Of a DNA stretch of 64,000 nucleotides, positions 47,701 through 58,154 are shown in pieces (position 1 is the stretch's first letter; each line of letters starts with the position of its first letter). Origin of the DNA: Blastocladiella emersonii ATCC 22665 (Eukaryota; Fungi; Blastocladiomycota). The notes beneath the pieces are model-generated. The model was not told the origin of the DNA, searched no databases, and was given only the letters and a program-made list of their open reading frames with translations. Made by a program: the position numbers and the translations under genes. The stretch spans positions 744,001 to 808,000 of the forward strand of contig JANHCV010000013.1 in assembly GCA_025594325.1 (NCBI GenBank). Reading direction: 5' to 3'.

Positions 47701-47942
47701 TTGGGTCGACGGAGTCTTGAACCTTGTGAACAGAATACATGGATGATATGAGCGTCTCCCTTGCGGCAGCACCCCGCGAACGGTGATATGCACGTTTGCT
47801 TGGTGAGCTGCTGTGCCGGGTGAAGCGCCTTGGTGAGCATGCGGCGCGACCCGCTGCCGCTCCAGTTCGCTCTCCCCCCTGAAGAATGAAACACGCCACT
47901 TCCATGAAAGACTCCATGCAACACTCTTGATGAACCGCCAGC

Positions 47943-50121
47943 ATGCCGAATTTATGCCTTTCTGAGCTTCCGAGCGAACTTATTATTGCCGTCCTCCAGG
48001 TGGCCGACCTGCGCAGCGCCACCCCAGCTGCGTCGCGCATCTTGACTTTGGCTTCGCGGCAACCGGCGGTTTGTGCATCGTGGACGCTCCACGCTCTATA
48101 TAACATCGCAATCGCTTACGAAAGCTCGCAGCCTTGTCATTTACGCCAAGACGGTGAGCCCAAACTCGGCCAGATATTGTACTTCGCCCTGCGCAGTCTA
48201 TGCCGTTGTCCCCGCGACGTTTATGCCACGCTTCCACAACTCTTTGCTGACTGCGTCATTGCTCGAATCCCGCGCCAGCCGCTGCCGTACCGCCAATCGG
48301 ACGACCTCATGGTGCAGTACCTTGACACTGCGGTGGGCGACGAGGGGAGCACTCTCCAAGTGCTTCCGTTTGGGCAACCGGTCGCGACTGCGCTCATCCT
48401 TGCGGTGCACGCCCTCATGTCCGGTCAGCTTCAGCTTACCGAGATGTGCCTCGCTGGGATGATCAAACACTGCCCCGCGCTCCTGCAATCCCGGCTTGGA
48501 TGGAACAAGTGGCATGCCCTCTGCTGGTCCGCGTCGATCGGTGACGCGAGCAGCGACTTTATGACCAATCATTTCAGCACTGCAGCGATGGATTCGCCAT
48601 ACACTCCACGGCTGGTCGATTACTTGGCTTTCCTTGCCATCAAGTCTCTGAATGTTCCCATGCTCGAGCTGCTCACGAATGCTCGATACTCAATGGACGA
48701 GCGCAATGTTGTTGCTTTCCTTGCCCTCGAGCCGATCGCGTACATGCTCGCCTATCAATTGCGCCGTCACACCGAATCGCCGAGATTCGACCTCCTAGAT
48801 TGGCTACTTGCGCGCGGTTGGACGGACCAAAATGCCGATGCAGACGATGCGCTTGTTGTCGCTCTTTGCGAAGCTGATCCCGTGGTGCTCGCTCGACTCC
48901 TTACTAAATATCCCAACGAAGTCATGGTCGCCGTGAACCCGGAGCGACTTGCGCGCGCCCGTACCGTCCTCTTGCGATGGCTTCAGCGCCACGCTGTTGA
49001 CCATGCAAGCCTTGCCCCGCTCGTCCGACACGGCATCCTTGGTGCAGCCGGGTGGGCAGTTGCGGTCAGACGTGTTCTCAAGGCCGAAGATTACGTGGAC
49101 GGCGCCGAAGATTTCAGCGGCCTTCGCTCAACCATTGACGCTGCAGCATGGGACGGAATCCTTGTCCAAAGTACGTTGCCGAGTCGTAAATTACATGCTG
49201 CACGCACTGGCACGAATTTCTTACATTCCCGAACATTTCCATGTAGATTTCAGAAAGACCTGCGCTTATGACAATTTCCATAATGCGCCTCAGCTCGCGC
49301 AACGGATCATCCGGCTCGCTACTGCAACTGCAACAGCAGCAGATCTTTTTGTTCGCCTCTCGTCCGTCGTTGCGCTCTCCCCTTCATGCGACATGAGTTG
49401 CGCACTTGTCACTATCCTCAACTGCAAGCCAGTCCAGCGCCCGCTCGGTGTTCTCGACGTTGTCGCGCGGGCGCTGACTCTGGCAGATCCGTTTGAACTC
49501 ACGATTCCGGCGGCCCACGCCGCTTCATGGTTTCTCTCAGTCCTCCTCACCAGTCCCGAGGTAAATGATCTGGCGCTTGATATTGTGCGCGAGTCTCACT
49601 CTGCGATGCACTTTCTGGTCGCGATGCTCTCAGCCCACTTTTCAAACGAGCATTTCGCGATGGTTCTTCGCATGCCTCGGCGCTTGGTGTGTCGCCAATG
49701 TCCGCCGTCATACCAGGCCATGTGGCACGTTGCGCTGCAGGCGCTGCTTCCGCTCGTTCCCGCTGATATCGACTCGTACCACTTTCTGGCGTCGTCCATT
49801 GCTAGGATCAAGTACAACATTGCAGAATCCGTTGCGTTCGAGCTGGACGATGATTGCTGCGCGGCCAAATTAAACGAGTCCGCTGGCAAATGTCCGACTG
49901 CCGCGCTTCTGGCCGCGCTCCTCGATCGAGACCCGCGGCTCGTGGGGCATCTACTGATCGGTCTTGCACCCGCGCCGCCTGCGCTCACGCAGCTCATTCC
50001 AGACGGCGCGCTCGACTCAGTCCTCGCCGCTGCTGGGTTTTCGCTGCTACTCGAGTGCGATGGGGCAACGGCCGCGCACAAGGCTGAGCTCATTCGGCTC
50101 GCGCCGTCGCTCAACATCTAG
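47943..50121 (+). CDS. F-box-like family, subfamily B copy 3, intact (~700 aa)
   Basis: LSELPSELIIAVLQV. Exons 47943-49170 and 49247-50121 splice in frame. Confidence 0.8.
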
Positions 50122-50185
50122 TCCAATCATTGCGAGTGATTTTTGTATGCAGAATAAACGGTTGCTCAGAGTGCCTCACTCGCGC

Positions 50186-51074
50186 TCACACGATCAAGCT
50201 ACTCCGCGCGTAACAGCGCGTCCGTGATTGACAACAATCCTCGCATGGGCATCGCCAGAACATGGTTCGTGTCAAAGGGCCGCACTCCCGCGGACGGCGC
50301 GGCCTTTTCACGACGTCCGCGCTAGTGCGGCCCAGCGGCGTAGTGCGGGCTAGGTAGTGATGCTCGATTGTTTGCCGCGGATCGTCCAAGTTATGGGGCG
50401 TCATGCGTGCGGCGTCTGATTTGCGCTTAGATATAGTCGCTTAAGTGGTGAGAGATGTGACCGAATGCGTTCATCGCGTCATCAAGCCATTTTTGAGGGA
50501 AAGAGATTGGAGCAGCACTATGGTATCATCAGTTGCGGGTGAGTTTTGCTGGGTTCAGTGTCACGAAGCGGAGTGCCTTGTGGCGTACCGCACACGAATC
50601 TTGCCGATTGAATGACTGCAGCACTACTCCTTGAATCTCGCTGCTCGCGGCATCCCGTGACAAGACACTCGAGCCTCGTTTTGAGTAGCACGGGTATCCG
50701 GAGCCCATCTGTAACACCGACATCATTCGCCGGATCCATGTGTTGAGGACCACAAACATGAGCAAGGTTGTGGGACCGCCATGACATCCCCGCCAACTGG
50801 CCGCTGCAACGATCTTGTCGAGCTGATTTTATCGCAAGCACCAAAGACACTGTTGCTGAGCCGTTATACGGCGAAATCTTTGCACTGCGTGGTGTGGCAT
50901 GCTATGATGTGAGAGTGGACAAAAGGGATCCGCCATGACTTTCCTGCTACCTACAGCATGGCAGCAGTTGCATCCGCTCTCTCAAAGCGTCGCTGACGGG
51001 TGGGAAGTGAATCGCGAACCGGCCGCTAGCACTTGCCGTATTGCATGCGAAAATTCATGAAAGCCGTATTGCAT
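50186..51074 (-). pseudogene. unknown family C, copy 1, decayed
   Basis: Fragments ...RLECL...AAV... and LDDPRQTI...RTTPLGRT.A..VK..RRPRECGPL match copy 2. Start motif AATGTAACTAGATGCAAT. Boundaries approximate. Confidence 0.4.
50277..50333. repeat. 57-bp inverted-repeat (hairpin) element, copy 1
   Basis: Outer arms GGGCCGCACT/AGTGCGGCCC and inner arms CGCGGACG/CGTCCGCG. Confidence 0.8.
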
Positions 51075-51271
51075 CTAGTTACATTGGCATCGGGGGGCGA
51101 AACTCGACCGACCAGGGGGAGCGAGGTAGGAACGGAGTCGCCGACAAAGTGAGCCGCCCACCGTTGCATCATCAGCATCACGTGAGTGGCGCGGCGCGTC
51201 CTCTCCTTCCCGTTGCGCAGTTCCAACACTCGCAAAGAGGGCGTGGGACTTGTTTGCAAAGGTTTATTCCG

Positions 51272-53901
51272 CTACTCCTGATCGACACACGAAAAATGCG
51301 CCGCGTCCAACCCGGGCGATTCGCAAGCGGTGCGGACCGAGGCGCGGAACTCGTCTGTCGCTGTTGTTGTCACGGCCGCGGCGAAGATTTCGGCAATGCT
51401 CTCGCGTGTAGCCGTGAGGTCGCCTCGCACCGAGTCGAGCACAACACACACCGCCGCGAGAATCCACGTCGGCGACCGCACGCCATCAAGTGCACCGCGA
51501 GGAAGCATGCGCCAGACGTGCCGCGGGCTCGTGACGCTGATGCCCAAGTATTCATCAATTGCAAGGCTAGCGGACGCACGGCACAGCTGCTCGATGATCC
51601 AGACCGTGTCGGACCCAGGACCCCGCATCCCAGTTGCGAGTTTGGTGCGACGCTGCTCGTCCGCTAGGCGCAGCGCTTCGTGCGAAAAGAGAATTTGGCG
51701 AGCGGGTTCAGGCACTGAGCATTGAGCGGGCGCAAAGCCGGGAATCTTGGTGAGCATGACATGAACTGCGTACTGCCACGGGGCCCACGTTGGATCGGGA
51801 AGATCCGCGGGCGGCGTGTTGGTATGCTCGAGGCGAGGGCGAGGGCGAGGGCGAAGCTCGCTTGGTTGAGCGCCGTCAGTTGGTCGGACAGTAGCCACAG
51901 GAAGATCGAGCAGACAGGTCCGCGAAAGGGCCTTGAGCGGGAGCGAGTCGACATACGCGTCCATGGACCAAAACCCATCGCCGCCGCGTGTCTCTGGAAG
52001 TAACAAAATATAAATGAACCAGTGAGCGATCTGGAGCGGTCCCGCGCTCTCGTATCGCACGGCAAGTTGGGCGATTGTGTCGTGTGAGGTGCGCGGATCG
52101 CAAAGCAACGCGATGAGCAACGGAGCGAGACCAAGTGATAAACTGGTCTTGAACTCGGCCATGGATTCGCCTGGCTCATAGTTGCCCATCCGTAAGAGCA
52201 CATGCGCAAATTTGAAGGTGTCAAGGTAAGCAATGACATCAAGCAGTGCGCCTGCGGAGCCGAGTGCTTTCACGAGGCATGGACTCAAGAGCTTGTCCCA
52301 AGCGCATCCTGCCTTCATTGCAACGGCCAAGAGGGCCGTAACCTCGGCAATCAGTGTAGTGGCGCCTGTGGCCACAAGGGACCTTCCACAACGAGCCTGA
52401 GGGACATAGTAGTAAGCTTCGGATAATCCTGTCGCGTAGTACATGGCTAAACGTAGCAGTTGAGTGAGTGCGTGTGGAGTCGACAATGACAGCATGGAGT
52501 TCGTGTACCAGACATAGCCGCGCCTTCACAGTCCCGCACATTGAGAGCGTTGAACAGCCGGTCCAAGTCGATGATACCGTCCCGAATCGCACTGAGGGCC
52601 ATATGCGCAAGTTCGTCGCTGCAAAATAAGCCGCGCGAAGCAACGTCGAGAACCAATTCAAGCTTGTCACCAAAGTCCTTGGCAAGCAGCAACCTGCTCA
52701 ATGCGGCCATGTCTCCACCAAGCATGGACGTTGAGAGCGGCCGCCTGCAGTGCTCCGGACACTCTGTTCCCAAGGAATCAAACTGGCGTATTACACGCGC
52801 GGTGCAATCGGGGCTGGCATGCCCTGCGAGAAAAATAGCGAGAGCTGGCGCCCGTGTGCGATCGACGCGCTCGCCGTTCTCGCCGGCGAACCACGCGAGC
52901 GTAGAAAGCACGAGATCGGCCGGAAGAGAAGCATAGCAATTACGCTCGACGACGTGATGGAATGGGAACTTGGCGAACATGTCGCGACGGAGGCCATACT
53001 TGGGCAGCTCGAGCAGCTCGAGGACTTCGGGCCGCCACCATTTAAGCGCAACGAGAGCGAGATAGCCAAGGTAAAGTCGCGGGATCAAGGCAGTGTAGCG
53101 TTTAACGTGGTTACACGACACCACGTCGTAAGTGTGATAAGTCTCCTTTGTCGGGGTGCGCCACTCGATTTCGGACTCCAAGTTGGACCAGGTGTAGAGC
53201 GCGAGATTATGGGTCGCGTCCGGCTCGCTGTTGAAAGCATCAAGGAGGATGGAGAGCTCTCGAACGCGGCCCTGCGCGGCAAAGTATACGCCGAGCTGGC
53301 GCAGGACAAAGAAGTGCCGCCAAATGGCTGGTTCGGGCGAAGACAAGTAGTAAAAGTGGCTCCGTTCAATGGCCGTGTCAACTTCGTCCGCCCACTCTGC
53401 AAGCTTGTCGGCCGTGAGCAGGCTCGGGGCTTTAGCCGAAAACAGCGCCAAAAGACGAGCAACAGTCGGTTCGTCAAGAGCATCTACTGACGGCAGCCAG
53501 CGAAACTGGTCCGTACCACGGCGCGATGCAGCTGCGCGCTGAAGGCACGCCATGTGACGCAAGTACAGGGTGAGCGGCATCCAGTCGCTTAGAGTACTTG
53601 GTTCCTCGAAGCTCTGGCGATGGCAAGGGCAGTTGGAGTCGCAGGACTTGCTGCGGTTCCACCGCCGCTCGGATCGCCACCGGCCCCATAACATGGGCCG
53701 CAGCACGTAACTTAGGCGCCAAATCCACTGAATATCGGGCTTGGATGTAAGAATTGCGAAGCCGCGAGTCGCAAGAGGAAGGGCAACCCGCGGGCGGACG
53801 AGCTGGAGAACGAGTCCCACGATTTCGGCGGGCAGGTCCGCGAGCTGGCACCGGTCAGGGCGACCCTGTTTGTTGCATAAAGTCATTTCATTTGAATCCA
53901 T
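51272..53901 (-). CDS. F-box-like family, subfamily A copy 3, intact (~849 aa)
   Basis: LADLPAEIVGLVLQL. Exons 53901-52509 and 52428-51272 splice in frame. Confidence 0.8.
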
Positions 53902-54302
53902 TGCGTGGTGGCTCTAAAGGGAGGAGGCAGGCGGACCAACGAGCCAGCGAGCAAGCCCTCGCGGAAGGTCTCTCACATCCCGTGACCAGTCACATGATTG
54001 TTTGACGCGTCTGAAAACGACCTCGGCCGGCTGCCCGTGCTTAGGCCTCTTCTCCGCGCGTTTACATACTACATCTCTGCGTAATCATGATAGCATACAC
54101 TTCCTTCCCACGTCGCGAGGTAAGTTCAAGTAGCACACCAGACTGTGATATCTCGGCGTAATACAGAATAGTCGACACTGTTTAAATAATAAGCAAACCA
54201 GCGCTTCAAGCTCCTTGGTTGAGTCAAGACGCGTCGGAGCTAGCGAAGTATAGCTTCTATTTCTGTCAGCCCCGTACAGCTTCCAAGTCTTGCGAGACCA
54301 TC

Positions 54303-54972
54303 CTAGCCAGTGATCGCCGAAAAAATCAAAGGGCCGCACTCGCGCGGGCGGCGCGCATTTTTCACGGCACTCGCGCGAGTGCGGCCCAACGGCGTAGTCC
54401 GAAAAGAGCGGCAAGCCTTGATTTGCTGTTGCGGGTCGTTGAGAATGTTGGTGAGGAGCGTGCAAAATTTGACAAAAGCTATGGCTCGGCCGGAAACGTA
54501 GCGGACGGAGTCGAATGGGCCGGGTTGCACTCGTGCATGACGATTAAGTTGGTTGCCGAGTAACGAAGGTACTGCAGAATCGGGAGCAGTCAGTGAGGGG
54601 GGCGTTTTTGACGACCGTCTTCGAGCTCTCAGCAACGTCGGACGTTGCCAAGAGCTATGAATTGGGACGTATCACGCACGGCAGCCCGCAACTGGGCGAC
54701 CCGCTTCCTCGTATGCAGAACCCTGCGCGAGTGGTGGCATTGCAAGAACTCCGCGAAGCGGGAAGAAGGAATGTTGCAGCTTGTGTGTGTGCCTGGTTGA
54801 AGAGGACCGCTGCAACCGACTCAAAGTCTGCAATGTGGGACCCGAGTCTTGCTTCGGCCTCATCCAAACATTCTTCTCTCAGGTTGACACAGTTGCGAGA
54901 GGAGCAAGGCGCTGGCAGCCGAAACAGGCGGCGCAGCGTAGCATGAGCGAGAGGTTCGAGAGCGCTTTGCAT
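54303..54972 (-). pseudogene. unknown family C, copy 2, decayed
   Basis: MQSALEPL...REECLDEAE...AAVLF and ILNDPQQQI...RTTPLGRTRASAVKNARRPRECGPL lie in two frames. Same upstream motifs as copy 1. Confidence 0.4.
54331..54387. repeat. 57-bp inverted-repeat (hairpin) element, copy 2
   Basis: Perfect 15-bp arms GGGCCGCACTCGCGC (54331-54345) / GCGCGAGTGCGGCCC (54373-54387). Confidence 0.85.
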
Positions 54973-55155
54973 CTAGTTACATTGCCATCGGGACGAGGGC
55001 CCGGATTTGGTTGGAAAGCGAGAGCGGCCTGGGATCGGCGCCGTGATGAGCCATCATCACTCGCGGCGTGATCGCGTGAGTGGCGCAACGCGTATTATCG
55101 CTATCTCCCTTCCATTGCCCCTGCAGAAGTGCAGCAAAGTATCACGTTTATTCAG

Positions 55156-57199
55156 CTACTCGAGCTCAACAGGCAACAACTGTGCCGGATCCAGCCCACG
55201 CAGCACACACTCGCCGCGGGACAGCTCGCGAAACTCGCTCGTGCCCGTGGTCGCCGCAGCCGCAGCAAAGAGCTCCGTGACGTACTTGCGCGCTGACGCC
55301 GGGTCGTTCACCGCCGTGTCATGAATCACGCCTAGCGTCGCAAGGATCCAAACTTGGGACCGCCGGCCGTCAAGGGCGCCACGCGGAAGCAACCCCCAGA
55401 CGCAGGTCGGACTCCTGAGGTCGAGGTGAAGGTACTCGTCCAGCACGAGATTCGGAGCGGACCTGAACAGCTGTGCGATGATCCAGACCGTGTCTGACCC
55501 GGGCCCGTCCGCCGCGGCCGTCCGTAGCGCGTCGTCCGAGAAGAGGATTTCGCGAGCGAGGTAGGGAATAGTGCATCGATCGAGCTCGAAATCAGAAATC
55601 TTGGTGAGCATAACATGAACTGCGTACTGCCACGGGGCCCACGTCGGATCGGGGAGATCCGCGAGTGGAGTGTTGGTATGCTCGAGGCGAGGGCGAGGAG
55701 GACGTTTGTATGCGGTCGTACTACCGTTGGCTCGCACATGAATCACGGGAAGCTCATGCAGACTCACATGCGAAAGAAATTTGAGCGGAAGCGAGTCAAC
55801 GTACGCGTCCATGGTCTAGAACCCGTCCGCGCCGCTGCGCGCCTCGGGAAGCAGCAACTGGTACAGGTACCAGCGAGCAAGCGGGAGCTCTTCTTCGCTT
55901 TTGGCCGGCTGCGTGAGCTGGTAGATCGTGTTCTCGCTGGTCCGCGGGTCGCACAGCAACGCGATAAGCATCGGGGCCAAGCCAAGTGAAATCGTGGTCG
56001 CGACACTGCGCCGCACTGATCCGTCGCCGCTCACCCGCAGCATCTTATCTGCGGAGTTGTACGCATCGAGGTAGGCAATCACGTCAAGCAGCGCGCCCGC
56101 ACTGTCGAGTGTGAGTAGTCGGTCGGGGTGCAAGACTCGGCCCAAGCTACACCCCGATTTAATGGCGATGCGCAGGAGAGTCGTGAACTCGGCGGCCACA
56201 TCATGCCCATTGCGCGGTTTGAGAGATGACAGCCCAGTGTAGTCATAAAAGGAGAGATCAATAGCTAAGCGGCACCACGTCAGTCAATTGATGAGGACAT
56301 ACGAGGACGGGTCGAGGTGGAGCGCACCAGTAGGGATAGCTTGCGCGCACTCGTAGTCACTTATAAGATCGACGAGGCGGTCCAAGTCAACACAGCCGAC
56401 CCGAATAGCGAGGAGGATCATTCGCGCGAGCTCTTTTGTATCCAGCAACCCCCGCGCAACGATCTCGAGGACCAGGTCCAGCTTGTCCTCTAAGTTCCCG
56501 GCGCGGAGCATGTTGCCCAGTGTGTTCTTGTCGCCACCAAGCGTGGCCGTCAAGAGCGACTTCCGACCATTGTTAGTATACCATTTCGGTCTGGGATCAA
56601 ATCGACGAACCACCTGAGCAGTGCAGTCCGGTGCCGCATGGTCCGCGAGGTAGCAAGCCAGCGACGGGCGCCGCCTGCAGTCAAGCAGCTCGCCGTTTTC
56701 GCCTGCAAACCACGCGAGCGTCGAAATGACAAGATCGGCCGGAAGCGACGGATCGCAGTGTCGCCGGCGCATCAAACACGTTGGCGGACGGCATCCACTG
56801 GTACTGCTCGGCGGTACGACGCGAAGCAGCTGCGCGCTCGAGGCAGGCAATATGGCGAAGGTACAGCGTGAGCGGCATCCAGTCGTCGCGGTTGATGGTG
56901 CACTCAAAGCTCTGGCGGTAGCAAGGACAGTCGGCGTCACAGGTCGGGCGGTCGTGCTTGCCCCACTCCCGCGGCCGTCGGCCCCACAACGAAGGATGCA
57001 GCAAGTATTTCAGGCGCAAAATCCACTGCGTGTCCGGTTTGGCAGCAAGCTTGGCGAACCCGCTCGTCACAAGCGGCACGGCGATGCGCGGTTGGGCCAG
57101 CTGGAAAACCAGTCCGAGAAGTTCGGCGGGCAGGTCTGCCAGCCGGTGCGAGCCGGCCGGGCCACGAGCGTTGCCCGGAGTCCATTCATTGGAATCCAT
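55156..57199 (-). pseudogene. F-box-like family, subfamily A copy 4 (internal deletion and nonsense codon)
   Basis: About 175 codons of A3 are missing at ~56760, with a frameshift. TAG at 55816-55818 where A3 has Trp (DGF-W-SMDAY). Confidence 0.85.
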
Positions 57200-57395
57200 C
57201 ACGCAATGGAGGTTTACGTCGACGATGAGGGAGAGAGAGCGAAATGTGCTGTGAGCGAGCATCACCTGTTAGCTCATCAGCCGCGCCGAGCCAGTTCCCT
57301 TGGCCGAGCTGACTCTTTTCGCCTCGACCGCCCCGCTCTCTTCTCTCCCTTGCACACGGCTCACTGCAACGTATCACTGCCCGAAACTTGCTGCA

Positions 57396-58134
57396 ATGTC
57401 TGTCCCCGCTGCCGCCGCTACTGCCGCCGCCGCCGCCGCCGCAGCGACCCGCGCGGCGCCGCTCGCGTTCGTGACGGGCAACCAGAACAAGCTGCGCGAG
57501 GTGCAGGCGATTCTGGGCGACTCGGTTGCGATTGAGGCGCACAAGCTCGACCGTTCGTTTCCCTCCCCTCCATCTCCCTCCCATCCCCGCCCTAACCGTC
57601 CCCATCATCTAGTGCCCGAGTACCAGGGCGACAGCCGCTCCGTGTCGGCGGAGAAGAGCAAGCTGGCGGCGAAGCTGCTGAACCGGGCCGTGATCACCGA
57701 GGACACGTGCCTGTGCTTCAACGCGCTGAACGGGCTCCCGGGGCCCTACATCAAGTGGTTCCTCGAGGGCGTGGGCCACGACGGGCTCAACCGCATGCTC
57801 GCTGGGTTCGACGATAAGTCCGGCTACGCGCTGTGCACGTTCGCGTACTGCGCGGGGCCCGACGCTGAGCCGGTGTTGTTTGAGGGGCGCACGGATGTAC
57901 GTTTACGCGGGGGTGGAGCGCGGGGCGTTGGACTGACAACCGCGAAATTGATAGGGCACGATCGTCCCCGCGCGCGGCCCGACCAAGTTCGGCTGGGACC
58001 CGGTGTTCGAGCCGCATGGCTTCAAGGAGACGTACGCCGAGATGGACGCGGCCGTCAAGAACACCATCTCGCACCGGTACCGCGCGCTGGCCAAGCTGCA
58101 GGCGTTCCTCCTCGAGCAGCAGAAGTCGCAGTAA
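57396..58134 (+). CDS. ITPA: inosine triphosphate pyrophosphatase (~206 aa)
   Basis: [41 protein letters not shown] and SHR motifs. Introns 57553-57612 and 57897-57954. Confidence 0.95.
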
Positions 58135-58154
58135 TCGTAATACACCTAGTCTCA

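Noticed and set aside
3871-57199. RIP-type hypermutation of the repeats
   Set aside because: Some C-to-T/G-to-A changes are visible, but repeats remain GC-rich and the dinucleotide bias cannot be quantified by eye.
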